Assembly (NCBI GenBank): GCA_902492015.1 | Contig: CABUJR010000009.1 | Location: 32,344-96,343 of the forward strand | Length of the DNA: 64,000 nucleotides | Origin: an uncultured Eubacteriales bacterium | Lineage (GTDB): Bacteria > Bacillota > Clostridia > TANB77 > CAG-508 | Direction: 5' to 3' | In this document: piece by piece, positions 6,600 to 15,574 of the stretch | Numbering within the stretch: the first letter of the stretch is position 1 | Layout: each line of letters opens with the position of its first letter | The notes under the pieces: model-generated | Database searches by the model: none | What the model was told of the DNA's origin: nothing | The model's input: only the letters and a program-made list of their open reading frames with translations | Translations under genes and position numbers: made by a program

Positions 6600-9122
6600 T
6601 TATATTTTATTTTTATCTACAGCTATTTCTGGATGATCTTTTAATATTTCTTGTGCTAAATTATCTTTTATTTTAAAACTTTTTACATATCCATCTAAAG
6701 AGTCTGCTTTATCTTTTAAAGCTTCTACTTCAGAATTTACATATATTTTAGCTTTTCCTTTTCCGTTTTTTGCTTCTTGAACTAAATTTGAAACTGGTGA
6801 ATTTCCATCAAAAGCTAATACAATAGAGTTTCTTCTTTCAAAGATTTCATAATTAAAACTTTTATAAATTCCCATTTCTTCACTTTCAGTTGAAATTCTA
6901 ATACCATTTACATCTTCTTTTAATAAATTATCGACTTCTTCTGCTGAAACTTCTTTTGGTATTATTGCATCAATTTCAAATTTTTTATTCATTTCATTTG
7001 ATGCATCTACTATTGCTTTTTCATAGCCACTTAATTTATGTCCTACTACGAAATAGACTTTTTCATTATTTAAATTCTTTACTAAATCTCTTATGACATT
7101 TTTACCATTTTCATCTAATTCAGTTTTTCTATTTTTAGCATTGAAACTTCCTCCAGCAACTATAATAGGAATTTTGTCTTCTGGTAATTTTTTAATTTTT
7201 CCTTTTAATTTTGATTCAGAATCAATTTTAGAGTTTATTCTCATTTCTATTACATTATTTTTGCTATTTTCTATATTTTTATTTTCTTCTTCTATTACAG
7301 CCTCTTTTATTGTTCTTCCTGCCAAAAATTTATTAAATTTTTCTTTCTTTTCTTCAAAATATTTTTTACTATGTTCTATTATTTCATCTTCTACTTTTCT
7401 CATGCTTTCAAAATCTTTTTCATTTAATCCTAAGATATTTGTAAGTGCTAATTGTTCATCTATTGTGTCTGTTCCATACATTCCACAACCATCTGTTCCT
7501 TGAACACATTTAATATTATTTTCTAAATATTGTTTTAATGGATGTTTTTCAAGTGCAGTTAAATTATTTAACCTTACATTAGAAGTTAATTGAAATTCAA
7601 GTACAGCACCTGTTTCTTGCATTTCTTTTATTAATTCTTTTCCTTCTTTAGAATTCAAATCTGCTGTATATAATCCATGTCCTAATCTAAATCTTGGCAT
7701 TTTTTGACCTGGTTTTAAAGAATCTTTTATACATTGAATCGATTTTCTTACATTATCTCTTAAACAATCATTTTCACCAGCATGTATTCTTATTGTAAAT
7801 CCTGGATCTTCTTCAACTGCATATTGAACTAATTCATTAATTACTGGTTTTAAATCTGTTATATCATTAATCTCTTCACCTATAAAGTCACTTCCAACAA
7901 CATAAGGGCTTTTAGCAACAGCTTTTAAAACATCTAGATTTTCTCTTAGATAATTACTACTTGTTTTTTGATCTTTTATTATTGTAAGTGGAATTCTTCT
8001 TATTCCTAATAAAAATCTTATTGCAACACCTGTTTCTTTTTCTATTTGAGGCATTATATCATGTAGTTCTTGTAATAACTTCACAGCAGGTTCTCCCACT
8101 TTTGCCAAATCTGTATCTGTTATTTCAACATAAGAAACATGTTGTTTCTGATATTCTCTTGCTATCCACAAAAATTTATCTTGTCTTAAAGTATTATTTT
8201 TATATGGACTATTTTCTTTTTTATCTTCTATTATCTTTTTTAAATAATTTACTATATCTTTTTCTGGAATATTTTCTATATTTTTAGAATTTATTTTTAT
8301 TTTTTTATCTGAAAATTTTGCCTTACAAAAAACATATCTATAAATGTAAACTTTTTCTAAGTTAGTAAATACTGCCTGACCGTCTTTAAGTAATCCCAAA
8401 CTGTTTCTTATTTTAGATATGTTGTATTCTGAGTTTTCCAAATTATTTAAAATTAAATCTGCAAAATTGATAAAAGTATTATCATCTATTTTTCTTGTTA
8501 AATACTTACCAGTTAATTCACTATTTTCAAATTGTTTTTCAATCTCTTTTCTATCTTTTAAAATTGCTTTTTCTTGTTTTTCAGTAATTTTTAAATCTAA
8601 TTTTTTTATGTAGTATAATGGATATTTAATTTGATGATATATTCCTAAAGCAATTAAAACATCTGGTGTTAAATTTGCATTCATGTGAGTATGTAAATCT
8701 GTTTTAAACTTAGATTTTTTAAATATATAAGATTTAACTATTGATTTTTTTATATCGAATTTATAGTCTTTTGTTTGTGACATTAAAGTCTTAGTAATAG
8801 CAGGTATTTTAGCTTTTACTTCTATTACATCTTCATAAATATTTGCTATTTTCATACCTGCTAATCTGAATATATAAACATCTTCATTATCACCATTTAT
8901 TGAAGCTGGTATTGTATCTGTGATTATCTTTAAACCATTTTCATCTCTTGAAGTTTCTAAGTTACATAATTTTGCTAAATTTGTTATTAAATTGCCACTT
9001 TTTTGATTAGGAGTTCTTATAATATATGTAAGTTCATCTTCTACATTTGTTTTATATAATTCAACCACAATGTCTTTTTCTTTATCAATATAGAATTTAT
9101 TAAAATATTTTAAATTTTCCAT
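6600..9122 (-). CDS. Multidomain protein: unknown N-terminal domain, adenosine/AMP-deaminase-fold metallohydrolase with a long insertion, and a C-terminal LOG/SLOG-like Rossmann domain
   Basis: Deaminase-type motifs appear in canonical order: DLHTHMN (HxH), SDFIGEE, IRIHAGEND (HAGE), RLGHGLY, QGTDGCG. The C-terminus (IPIIVAGGSF...VYFVVGHKLSGYEKAIVDA...IVLAFDGNSPVSNLVQEA) resembles LOG/SLOG Rossmann domains. It has its own promoter and terminator. Confidence 0.7.
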   Translation of the reverse strand: MENLKYFNKFYIDKEKDIVVELYKTNVEDELTYIIRTPNQKSGNLITNLAKLCNLETSRDENGLKIITDTIPASINGDNEDVYIFRLAGMKIANIYEDVIEVKAKIPAITKTLMSQTKDYKFDIKKSIVKSYIFKKSKFKTDLHTHMNANLTPDVLIALGIYHQIKYPLYYIKKLDLKITEKQEKAILKDRKEIEKQFENSELTGKYLTRKIDDNTFINFADLILNNLENSEYNISKIRNSLGLLKDGQAVFTNLEKVYIYRYVFCKAKFSDKKIKINSKNIENIPEKDIVNYLKKIIEDKKENSPYKNNTLRQDKFLWIAREYQKQHVSYVEITDTDLAKVGEPAVKLLQELHDIMPQIEKETGVAIRFLLGIRRIPLTIIKDQKTSSNYLRENLDVLKAVAKSPYVVGSDFIGEEINDITDLKPVINELVQYAVEEDPGFTIRIHAGENDCLRDNVRKSIQCIKDSLKPGQKMPRFRLGHGLYTADLNSKEGKELIKEMQETGAVLEFQLTSNVRLNNLTALEKHPLKQYLENNIKCVQGTDGCGMYGTDTIDEQLALTNILGLNEKDFESMRKVEDEIIEHSKKYFEEKKEKFNKFLAGRTIKEAVIEEENKNIENSKNNVIEMRINSKIDSESKLKGKIKKLPEDKIPIIVAGGSFNAKNRKTELDENGKNVIRDLVKNLNNEKVYFVVGHKLSGYEKAIVDASNEMNKKFEIDAIIPKEVSAEEVDNLLKEDVNGIRISTESEEMGIYKSFNYEIFERRNSIVLAFDGNSPVSNLVQEAKNGKGKAKIYVNSEVEALKDKADSLDGYVKSFKIKDNLAQEILKDHPEIAVDKNKI

Positions 9123-9173
9123 TATTATAATAATCCTTCCTTTCTCTTATTTAAAGCAACTTGTTAATTCTAT

Positions 9174-9202
9174 ATTATAGCAGAATTTTAAGCACTTTGC
9201 AA
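9174..9202 (-). promoter_or_regulatory. Sigma-A promoter of the deaminase-fold gene
   Basis: Minus strand reads TTGCAA-17 nt (agtgcttaaaattctgc)-TATAAT, followed by RBS AAGGAAGGA and the ATG at 9122. Confidence 0.65.
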
Positions 9203-9259
9203 GCATTTTACACAATTTTCACAAAACATGAGTTTTATAATAATAAACTTACCCTATTA

Positions 9260-9294
9260 CAAAAAATAAGAAAATAGAATATTTCTATTTTCTT
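9260..9294 (-). terminator. Rho-independent terminator after the HD gene
   Basis: Perfect 12-bp stem AAGAAAATAGAA/TTCTATTTTCTT with a 3-nt loop and a U run on the minus strand. Confidence 0.8.
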
Positions 9295-9441
9295 ATTTCA
9301 TTTTTATATATTATTTTATATTTATATGTCTTATAACTTATATCTTCTTATATTTCATTTTCTAAAACTTTCATTTTATATTCTAAATATCTTCAAAATT
9401 TTATATTTTTAAATTTTCACTTTTATATACTTATTTTAAAA

Positions 9442-10236
9442 TTAAATAATATTATTTGTTCTTTCTACTAAATATTCATTTGCTACTCTTCTCATGTTAC
9501 AAATTCTTTCAATTGTTTCAGGATTTTTGTATTTTATTTTATCAAACATTTTATTTACCAAATCATTTTCCTTTAAATACATAAGTCCTTCTGCAAAATT
9601 ATAATCAAATATAAAGGAAATATATGAAACCCAACTATCTAAATATGTTTCTCTATCATCTATTTTCAGTTGTTTTTTATTCATAAAATCTTCATATATT
9701 TTATCTGAAATAGTATCTGCATAAATTTTTTCCATATCTTCTGTTCCTAAAATAACACTTAGTTTTTCAGTTAGTTTAACTCTAAAGTTATCTGTTTTAT
9801 CATTATCTCTAATAAGTTTTGCATGTAATAATTCTTTTTCATTTAAATTATCTTCTATTTTATATTTATTATGATTTAAAATTGCTTTATATATTATATT
9901 ATCATACGCAGAATCTGCTATAAATTTTCTTATTAAATTATCTTCAAATAAAATTTTAACTCCAAATTTTGCATGATCAAAATATTTAGTATCAGCTTTA
10001 TCGAAAACATTTTCTATTACTTTAGATTGTTCAAATCTACCTATATCATGTAATAAAGCTATTAATTCAGACAATCTTGTATCTTCTTCATTTAAGTTTA
10101 ATTTATCTGCTAAATTTTTGCTAGCTTCTACTACACCATATGTATGTGTTACTTTTAATTTTACTCTTTCATCCTCTAAATTATAATCTTTTAAATATTC
10201 CTTAAATTCTTTTTGAGCTTTTAGTAAATCTATCAT
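9442..10236 (-). CDS. HD-domain metal-dependent phosphohydrolase
   Basis: H...LHDIGRFEQ HD motif plus downstream FDHAKFG and NHNK helices. 264 aa. RBS AGGAGAG lies 23 nt after the upstream gene's stop. Confidence 0.75.
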   Translation of the reverse strand: MIDLLKAQKEFKEYLKDYNLEDERVKLKVTHTYGVVEASKNLADKLNLNEEDTRLSELIALLHDIGRFEQSKVIENVFDKADTKYFDHAKFGVKILFEDNLIRKFIADSAYDNIIYKAILNHNKYKIEDNLNEKELLHAKLIRDNDKTDNFRVKLTEKLSVILGTEDMEKIYADTISDKIYEDFMNKKQLKIDDRETYLDSWVSYISFIFDYNFAEGLMYLKENDLVNKMFDKIKYKNPETIERICNMRRVANEYLVERTNNII

Positions 10237-10259
10237 TTTAATACATCTCTCCTAATATC

Positions 10260-11003
10260 TTAAAGTTTAAAATTAAATTTTTTATTTTTAATATTACTAT
10301 CTTCTTGTGATGCTTCAATCATAATTTTTTGCTCTCTTTCCTTATCTAATCTATTTGATATCATAAGCATATTATCATCTATATTATTTATTACTCTTGC
10401 ATATTTAATAAGATTTTTAGATTCTGTTTTTCCTATATTTGGATTTTTATACTTTAATTTATGTTCTATACTTGCCCAAAAGTCCATTCCTAAAGTTCTT
10501 AGTTGTATTTCTACTTTTACAAACATTATACCTGAAGAAAAATTTACTGGTACTTCTGTAATTAAATGATAACTCATATATCCACTTTGTTTTGGCTTTT
10601 TCATAAAGTCTTTTCTATTTAAAATTCTTATGTCTTGGAAATCTTCTATTATTTCTACTAGCTTATATACATCTTTTTTAAAATTACAAACTATTCTAAT
10701 TCCTGCAATATCATTTATTTTTTCAAACATATTTTCATAAGTTAATTCACAATTTTTTCTTTTCAATTTTTCAATTATAGTTTCTGGTTTTTTTAATCTA
10801 GTTGTAACATATTCTATAGGTTCATAGTTTGAAAAAATTTTAAGCTCATCCTGAAGAATTTCCATTTTTGTTTTTATCTCTTTTAGAGCTGAACTATATA
10901 AGAACATTACCTTTTTAAAATTTTCATCATTTATATCTATTAATTCTTTATTAACAAGATTACCTTCGATATTTATCAAATATTCATTTTCATTTTCTGA
11001 CAT
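10260..11003 (-). CDS. Small alarmone synthetase (RelP/RelQ-type GTP pyrophosphokinase)
   Basis: DIAGIRIVCNF, SGYMSYHLI and VEIQLRTLGMDFWASIEHKLKYK are the RelA/SpoT synthetase-domain signatures. No hydrolase or regulatory domains. Confidence 0.85.
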   Translation of the reverse strand: MSENENEYLINIEGNLVNKELIDINDENFKKVMFLYSSALKEIKTKMEILQDELKIFSNYEPIEYVTTRLKKPETIIEKLKRKNCELTYENMFEKINDIAGIRIVCNFKKDVYKLVEIIEDFQDIRILNRKDFMKKPKQSGYMSYHLITEVPVNFSSGIMFVKVEIQLRTLGMDFWASIEHKLKYKNPNIGKTESKNLIKYARVINNIDDNMLMISNRLDKEREQKIMIEASQEDSNIKNKKFNFKL

Positions 11004-11263
11004 GTAATCACCCTTCCTTTTACTATTACTATTAAGTTCTAGACTTAAATAATATATTTCTTTTGTGTTTGTTTATGAAAGTATTTTATATATGATTTAT
11101 TAAATTAACATTAAATATTTGTAAACTTCTTGTGAACAAATATGTTATATTTATTTGCATTTTTTTAATATACACACTTTTTTCATATCTATTATATCTT
11201 ATTTTATAAAAATTTAAAATGATTTACTAAAATAAATTTAATTATTTTAATAAATCATTTTTA

Positions 11264-12544
11264 TCACATATTAATATAAATTATACTCATTATAGTTAGA
11301 CAAATTGCAGTTAAGTATATCTGAAATTTTAATAATTTATTATCTTCTTTTTGTAATCCTATTCCAAGAAAAGTTGTTGCTATAAAAAATGGCAACATCA
11401 TATATCTAGAATGCATTGAGCAAGTATATGGCATTGATATATTTAAATAAAAATATGATGCCCACCATGCTATAAAAGTATATATAAGTAATCTATTTTT
11501 TGAATTATATTTTATCATATAATATATAGAATTTATTGATAATATTATTACTAATATTGCCATAATTAAGAGAAAAAAATAATTCTCTAGTTCTAAGCCA
11601 TAAGTTATAGAAGAATATACTAAATAATTCCAAATATTTACACTACTAATTTCTAATAAATTTGGTATACCAAATCTATTCCAAATACTTTCTTCCGCAA
11701 TACTTAAATAATCATAAGGTTGTATTATTCCTAGTGTATTTAATCCTCTAAACATACTATATATATGGAACCATAATCCTAAAACTCCAACTATAATGAT
11801 AAAAAATAATAATTCAAATAATAATTTTTTTATACTTTTATCATTATTTACAAACTCAGCAAGCTTTTTAAAATAAATATATACTGCTGGGATTATCATT
11901 ACAGCTATAGAAGTTTTTGTCATTAGCCCTAATCCAATTGATAATGCTATTATAATAGCATTTTTCATACTTGAATTTTTATTCCATTTTATCAAATACA
12001 ATAAACATATTGTGCAAAATAATGTAACAAGTTCATCATTATTTAATGACCCTGACATAATTACATATAAAGGATAAAAAGAAAAAATTAACATTGGAAT
12101 TATCTTATACTTATCCTCTATTTCTAATTCTTTTAAAATTTTGTATAAAACAACTAGCATAATAATTGAATAGATTAAAGGTACTATTTGCATACTTTCT
12201 AATTTAAAACTACTCACATCAGAAAAAGCATCCATTATTTTAAGCCATGATGCCATTATAAAATGATGTAAAGGTGGATGATAGAATTGTCCAATAATTT
12301 TATTTGGAAGTTCTTTATAAGTATATAAGTGTAATATATAGTTTATATGCCTCCCTTTATTGGGCTCTTCTGAGAAATTATGATATAAATTATCATAATC
12401 TTCTTCAGAATTTAAACTTTCAATCCCCATATCTGACTGATATGTTGATATATCTGTTTTATAAATAAAATTAATTCTAATTAATACTGCAAAAATAATT
12501 ATTAAAATTAAAATAAATTTATATTTATCAATTACTTTTTTCAT
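11264..12544 (-). CDS. GT-C fold membrane glycosyltransferase-like protein (ArnT/PMT family 39-like)
   Basis: 426 aa with about 11 TM helices. The first extracytoplasmic loop after TM1 is rich in D/E (SEEDYDNLYHNFSEE). Confidence 0.5.
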   Translation of the reverse strand: MKKVIDKYKFILILIIIFAVLIRINFIYKTDISTYQSDMGIESLNSEEDYDNLYHNFSEEPNKGRHINYILHLYTYKELPNKIIGQFYHPPLHHFIMASWLKIMDAFSDVSSFKLESMQIVPLIYSIIMLVVLYKILKELEIEDKYKIIPMLIFSFYPLYVIMSGSLNNDELVTLFCTICLLYLIKWNKNSSMKNAIIIALSIGLGLMTKTSIAVMIIPAVYIYFKKLAEFVNNDKSIKKLLFELLFFIIIVGVLGLWFHIYSMFRGLNTLGIIQPYDYLSIAEESIWNRFGIPNLLEISSVNIWNYLVYSSITYGLELENYFFLLIMAILVIILSINSIYYMIKYNSKNRLLIYTFIAWWASYFYLNISMPYTCSMHSRYMMLPFFIATTFLGIGLQKEDNKLLKFQIYLTAICLTIMSIIYINM

Positions 12545-12573
12545 AATATCTCCAAAACATTCATAAATTTTAT

Positions 12574-13176
12574 CTATATATTTTGAATTATAAAATCTAT
12601 AACATCGTCATCATTATTATCATCTTTATCCTTTTTTTCTCTCTCATCTAACTCAACTAAATACTTATTATATTTTGGCATAATAGTTATGGAATCTAAA
12701 GGATAACCTGGATTTCTTTTTTCACAAGGCTTATCTACAAAATAGAAATTGCCTTTGCTCCAAGAATATTCTTTCTTTTTAATACCATCATATATTACCA
12801 TACCATATACCCATTTTGCTGTTAATTTTTCACCATATTCTTTTACTAATCCAGTATAATATTCAATCATTTCATCATCTGTTAATCTTTTACCATTTAC
12901 TCTTCTTACATGTGTTCCTGGTTGTTTTTCTTTTGGAAGTTCTTCTATAAATAAATTATTATCCATTCCTATTGTTACTATATTTGTTGCATCAAAATAA
13001 CCTTTTGCTTTTATATATGCATTTTCTAAAGCATTTTTTCCATTTTCTTCTATATCAACATCTACATCAATATCTTTTAATGTTAATAAATCAATATTTT
13101 TCATTTTTAATCTGTCAGCATATTTTTTTACTTTTGCTGGATTTGATGTTGCAAATAGTACTGTTTTTCTTTCCAT
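12574..13176 (-). CDS. HAM1/ITPase-like non-canonical purine NTP pyrophosphatase paralogue
   Basis: The N-terminus VLFATSNPAKVKKY mirrors the ATxNxxKxxE start of RdgB/HAM1. 200 aa with an acidic tail. Confidence 0.55.
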   Translation of the reverse strand: MERKTVLFATSNPAKVKKYADRLKMKNIDLLTLKDIDVDVDIEENGKNALENAYIKAKGYFDATNIVTIGMDNNLFIEELPKEKQPGTHVRRVNGKRLTDDEMIEYYTGLVKEYGEKLTAKWVYGMVIYDGIKKKEYSWSKGNFYFVDKPCEKRNPGYPLDSITIMPKYNKYLVELDEREKKDKDDNNDDDVIDFIIQNI

Positions 13177-13204
13177 AATTTTTCTCCTTCTATTTTTTAA
13201 TTTA

Positions 13205-14836
13205 TTAATATATTTTCTTAAATAATTCTGCCTTTTTCTTATCTATATATTTACTTATTATAAAATTAATCAAAATAACTAAGATTAAGATTGCAACTAA
13301 AAATGCTATTGGAGTTACAATTAATTTAGAGATTATAAAAATTACTCCTGAAACTAAAAAAGTATAAAAAAGTTCATACATTATATTAGTATTTTGTTTC
13401 ATCATTGTATATTCACTACTCCAATTCATTTGAGGATTTTTTAAATCTATTAATAACTTACATTTTTCTCCAATAATATTCAAAACGCTTAAAGTTATAA
13501 ATATTATACAACTTAAGAAAAAATTATTATTAAAGATAAAAAATAATATGCTTATTAACAAACTTGCTAAAGTATTAATTAATGTTCCTAATCTTATTTT
13601 TATTTTAAATTGCTTATATAAATCTATAGGCAAAAATTTAATTACTATTGCATTATTACTATCTCTTGATATAGCAATTATAGAACTAAAATTTAACATA
13701 TAAAAAACTTGTCCAACAATTAAAAATATTGATATTCCTAAAGAAGAATCAACGATATTTTCAAAAGATTCAATTAAATCTAATCCAACTAATTTTGCAA
13801 ATTGAATTAAAAATAAAACTATAGCCAAAATGCATATTGGATAAATAAGTGGCATAATAATGCATTGTATACAAAAAATTGGCGTTCTTATTAAAGTTTT
13901 CCATTCTTTTAATGTGTAAGATTTATCAATTTTTTTGTCTTGAAAATCTTTTAAACTTAATTCTCTAGACTTGTATTTTTGATTTTTATCACTATTTATT
14001 GTTGCACCTATTGCACCTTTTAAATATATTTTAGATATTATAAAAACTATTATAAAATAGCAAATTATGCTTTCCAAATAATATATTATTAAATTTTTTA
14101 AACCTTCGAAATTTGCATAATTTAGCATAGTATTCATAATTGGTTTTATCAATATAAAATAATCAGCAATGCTTTCAGCTAGTCCATTTGTTCTTAATAT
14201 CATGTTTTGAAAGCTAGTTATTGTTATTTTTTGATCATTACTAAGCCCCATAATTACAAATCCTATTAAAAACATTGCAATAATTATTGTTATATAAAGA
14301 ACTTTACTCTTGTTTTTAATAAAATTAGTAAACCTCATGATAATTGCAATCAGCAGTGAAGTAATAAGTATTGGAATTACTGGAATTATTAAAAGCACCA
14401 AAATCATATATAAATAAAAAAGAAAATTTGCTTTTGTTAATATTCCATACACTATCATAGGTATTCCAAGCATTATTATTTCCATTTGATATTCAGAAAT
14501 TATCATATTAAAAAATTTAGCATGTAAAATATCTTTTGGATATATTGGCATTCTTAGTAATAATTTCAAATCTTTTGAAAAATATAATAAATTTAAACTT
14601 TCAAAAATACTTTTAGTAAATAATATCAAAAAATTCATTAATAATAAAATATTTACAAAAGCATAAGCCTGATTAATTTTAATTAACTGCTTTGTTACAG
14701 TATAACTAAATAAAATCATCATTGCACTTAAAAACAAAAACACTATTCCAAAGGCTATCCCACCTAAAACTAAACTTCTTTTTGATGTATCTGATCTTTT
14801 AGAATTTTTAAAAATTACTCCAGTTAAACTTTTCAT
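13205..14836 (-). CDS. ABC exporter permease (ABC-2-like multi-pass membrane protein)
   Basis: 543 aa with at least 10 TM helices. Lies 6 nt downstream of the ABC ATPase gene. Confidence 0.65.
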   Translation of the reverse strand: MKSLTGVIFKNSKRSDTSKRSLVLGGIAFGIVFLFLSAMMILFSYTVTKQLIKINQAYAFVNILLLMNFLILFTKSIFESLNLLYFSKDLKLLLRMPIYPKDILHAKFFNMIISEYQMEIIMLGIPMIVYGILTKANFLFYLYMILVLLIIPVIPILITSLLIAIIMRFTNFIKNKSKVLYITIIIAMFLIGFVIMGLSNDQKITITSFQNMILRTNGLAESIADYFILIKPIMNTMLNYANFEGLKNLIIYYLESIICYFIIVFIISKIYLKGAIGATINSDKNQKYKSRELSLKDFQDKKIDKSYTLKEWKTLIRTPIFCIQCIIMPLIYPICILAIVLFLIQFAKLVGLDLIESFENIVDSSLGISIFLIVGQVFYMLNFSSIIAISRDSNNAIVIKFLPIDLYKQFKIKIRLGTLINTLASLLISILFFIFNNNFFLSCIIFITLSVLNIIGEKCKLLIDLKNPQMNWSSEYTMMKQNTNIMYELFYTFLVSGVIFIISKLIVTPIAFLVAILILVILINFIISKYIDKKKAELFKKIY

Positions 14837-14842
14837 ATAAAA

Positions 14843-15565
14843 CTACTCCTCTATAATTTTCAAAAATGACTCTTCTAAGGAATCTGGTGTTTTATATTTT
14901 TCTTTTAGTTCTTCAGTTGTACCAACAAATATAATTTTTCCTTTATCTATTACGGCAATTTTATCACATAATTTTTCTGCTACTTCTAAAACATGTGTTG
15001 AGAAAAATACTGTATTTCCTTTCCTACTATGTTCTTTCATTAAACTTTTCAAAGTATATGAAGCTTTAGGGTCTAAACCAGTCATTGGCTCATCTAAAAT
15101 CCAATTTTTAGGATTATATAAAAGTACACTTATTATAAGTAATTTTTGTTTCATTCCATGTGAGTAACTCTGGATTCTATCTCTAAGTTGATTATAAATT
15201 CCAAATTCTCTTGCAAGTCTTTGTACTTTATCTAACCTTTCTACAGGAGGTACTTTATAAACATCACCAATAAAATTTAAATATTCAAGTCCTGTTAATT
15301 TTTCAAAAGCGTCTGGTGTATCTGGTACAAACCCAAATAGCTTTTTGGCTTCTATTGGATTTTCTTTTATGCTTTTTCCATCAATAAGTATATCTCCCTC
15401 ATCAATGTCTAAAACTCCTGTAATCATTTCTATTGTTGTAGTTTTTCCAGCACCATTCGGACCAATAAACCCAAATACAATTCCATCATCTATTTTTAAA
15501 TTCATTTTATCAATAACTTTTTCATTTTTCACATAAGATTGACTTACATTTTTAATCTCTATCAT
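14843..15565 (-). CDS. ABC transporter ATP-binding protein
   Basis: Walker A GPNGAGKTT, signature-like YSHGMKQKL, Walker B WILDEP. Confidence 0.9.
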   Translation of the reverse strand: MIEIKNVSQSYVKNEKVIDKMNLKIDDGIVFGFIGPNGAGKTTTIEMITGVLDIDEGDILIDGKSIKENPIEAKKLFGFVPDTPDAFEKLTGLEYLNFIGDVYKVPPVERLDKVQRLAREFGIYNQLRDRIQSYSHGMKQKLLIISVLLYNPKNWILDEPMTGLDPKASYTLKSLMKEHSRKGNTVFFSTHVLEVAEKLCDKIAVIDKGKIIFVGTTEELKEKYKTPDSLEESFLKIIEE

Positions 15566-15574
15566 TTGTTTCTC

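Noticed and set aside
6600-9122. The deaminase-fold protein as RdrB of a RADAR system, or as a CARF-fused Cad1.
   Set aside because: There is no RdrA-like large ATPase gene adjacent. There is no recognisable CARF domain and no CRISPR-cas locus in the window. Only the general deaminase-effector analogy is kept.
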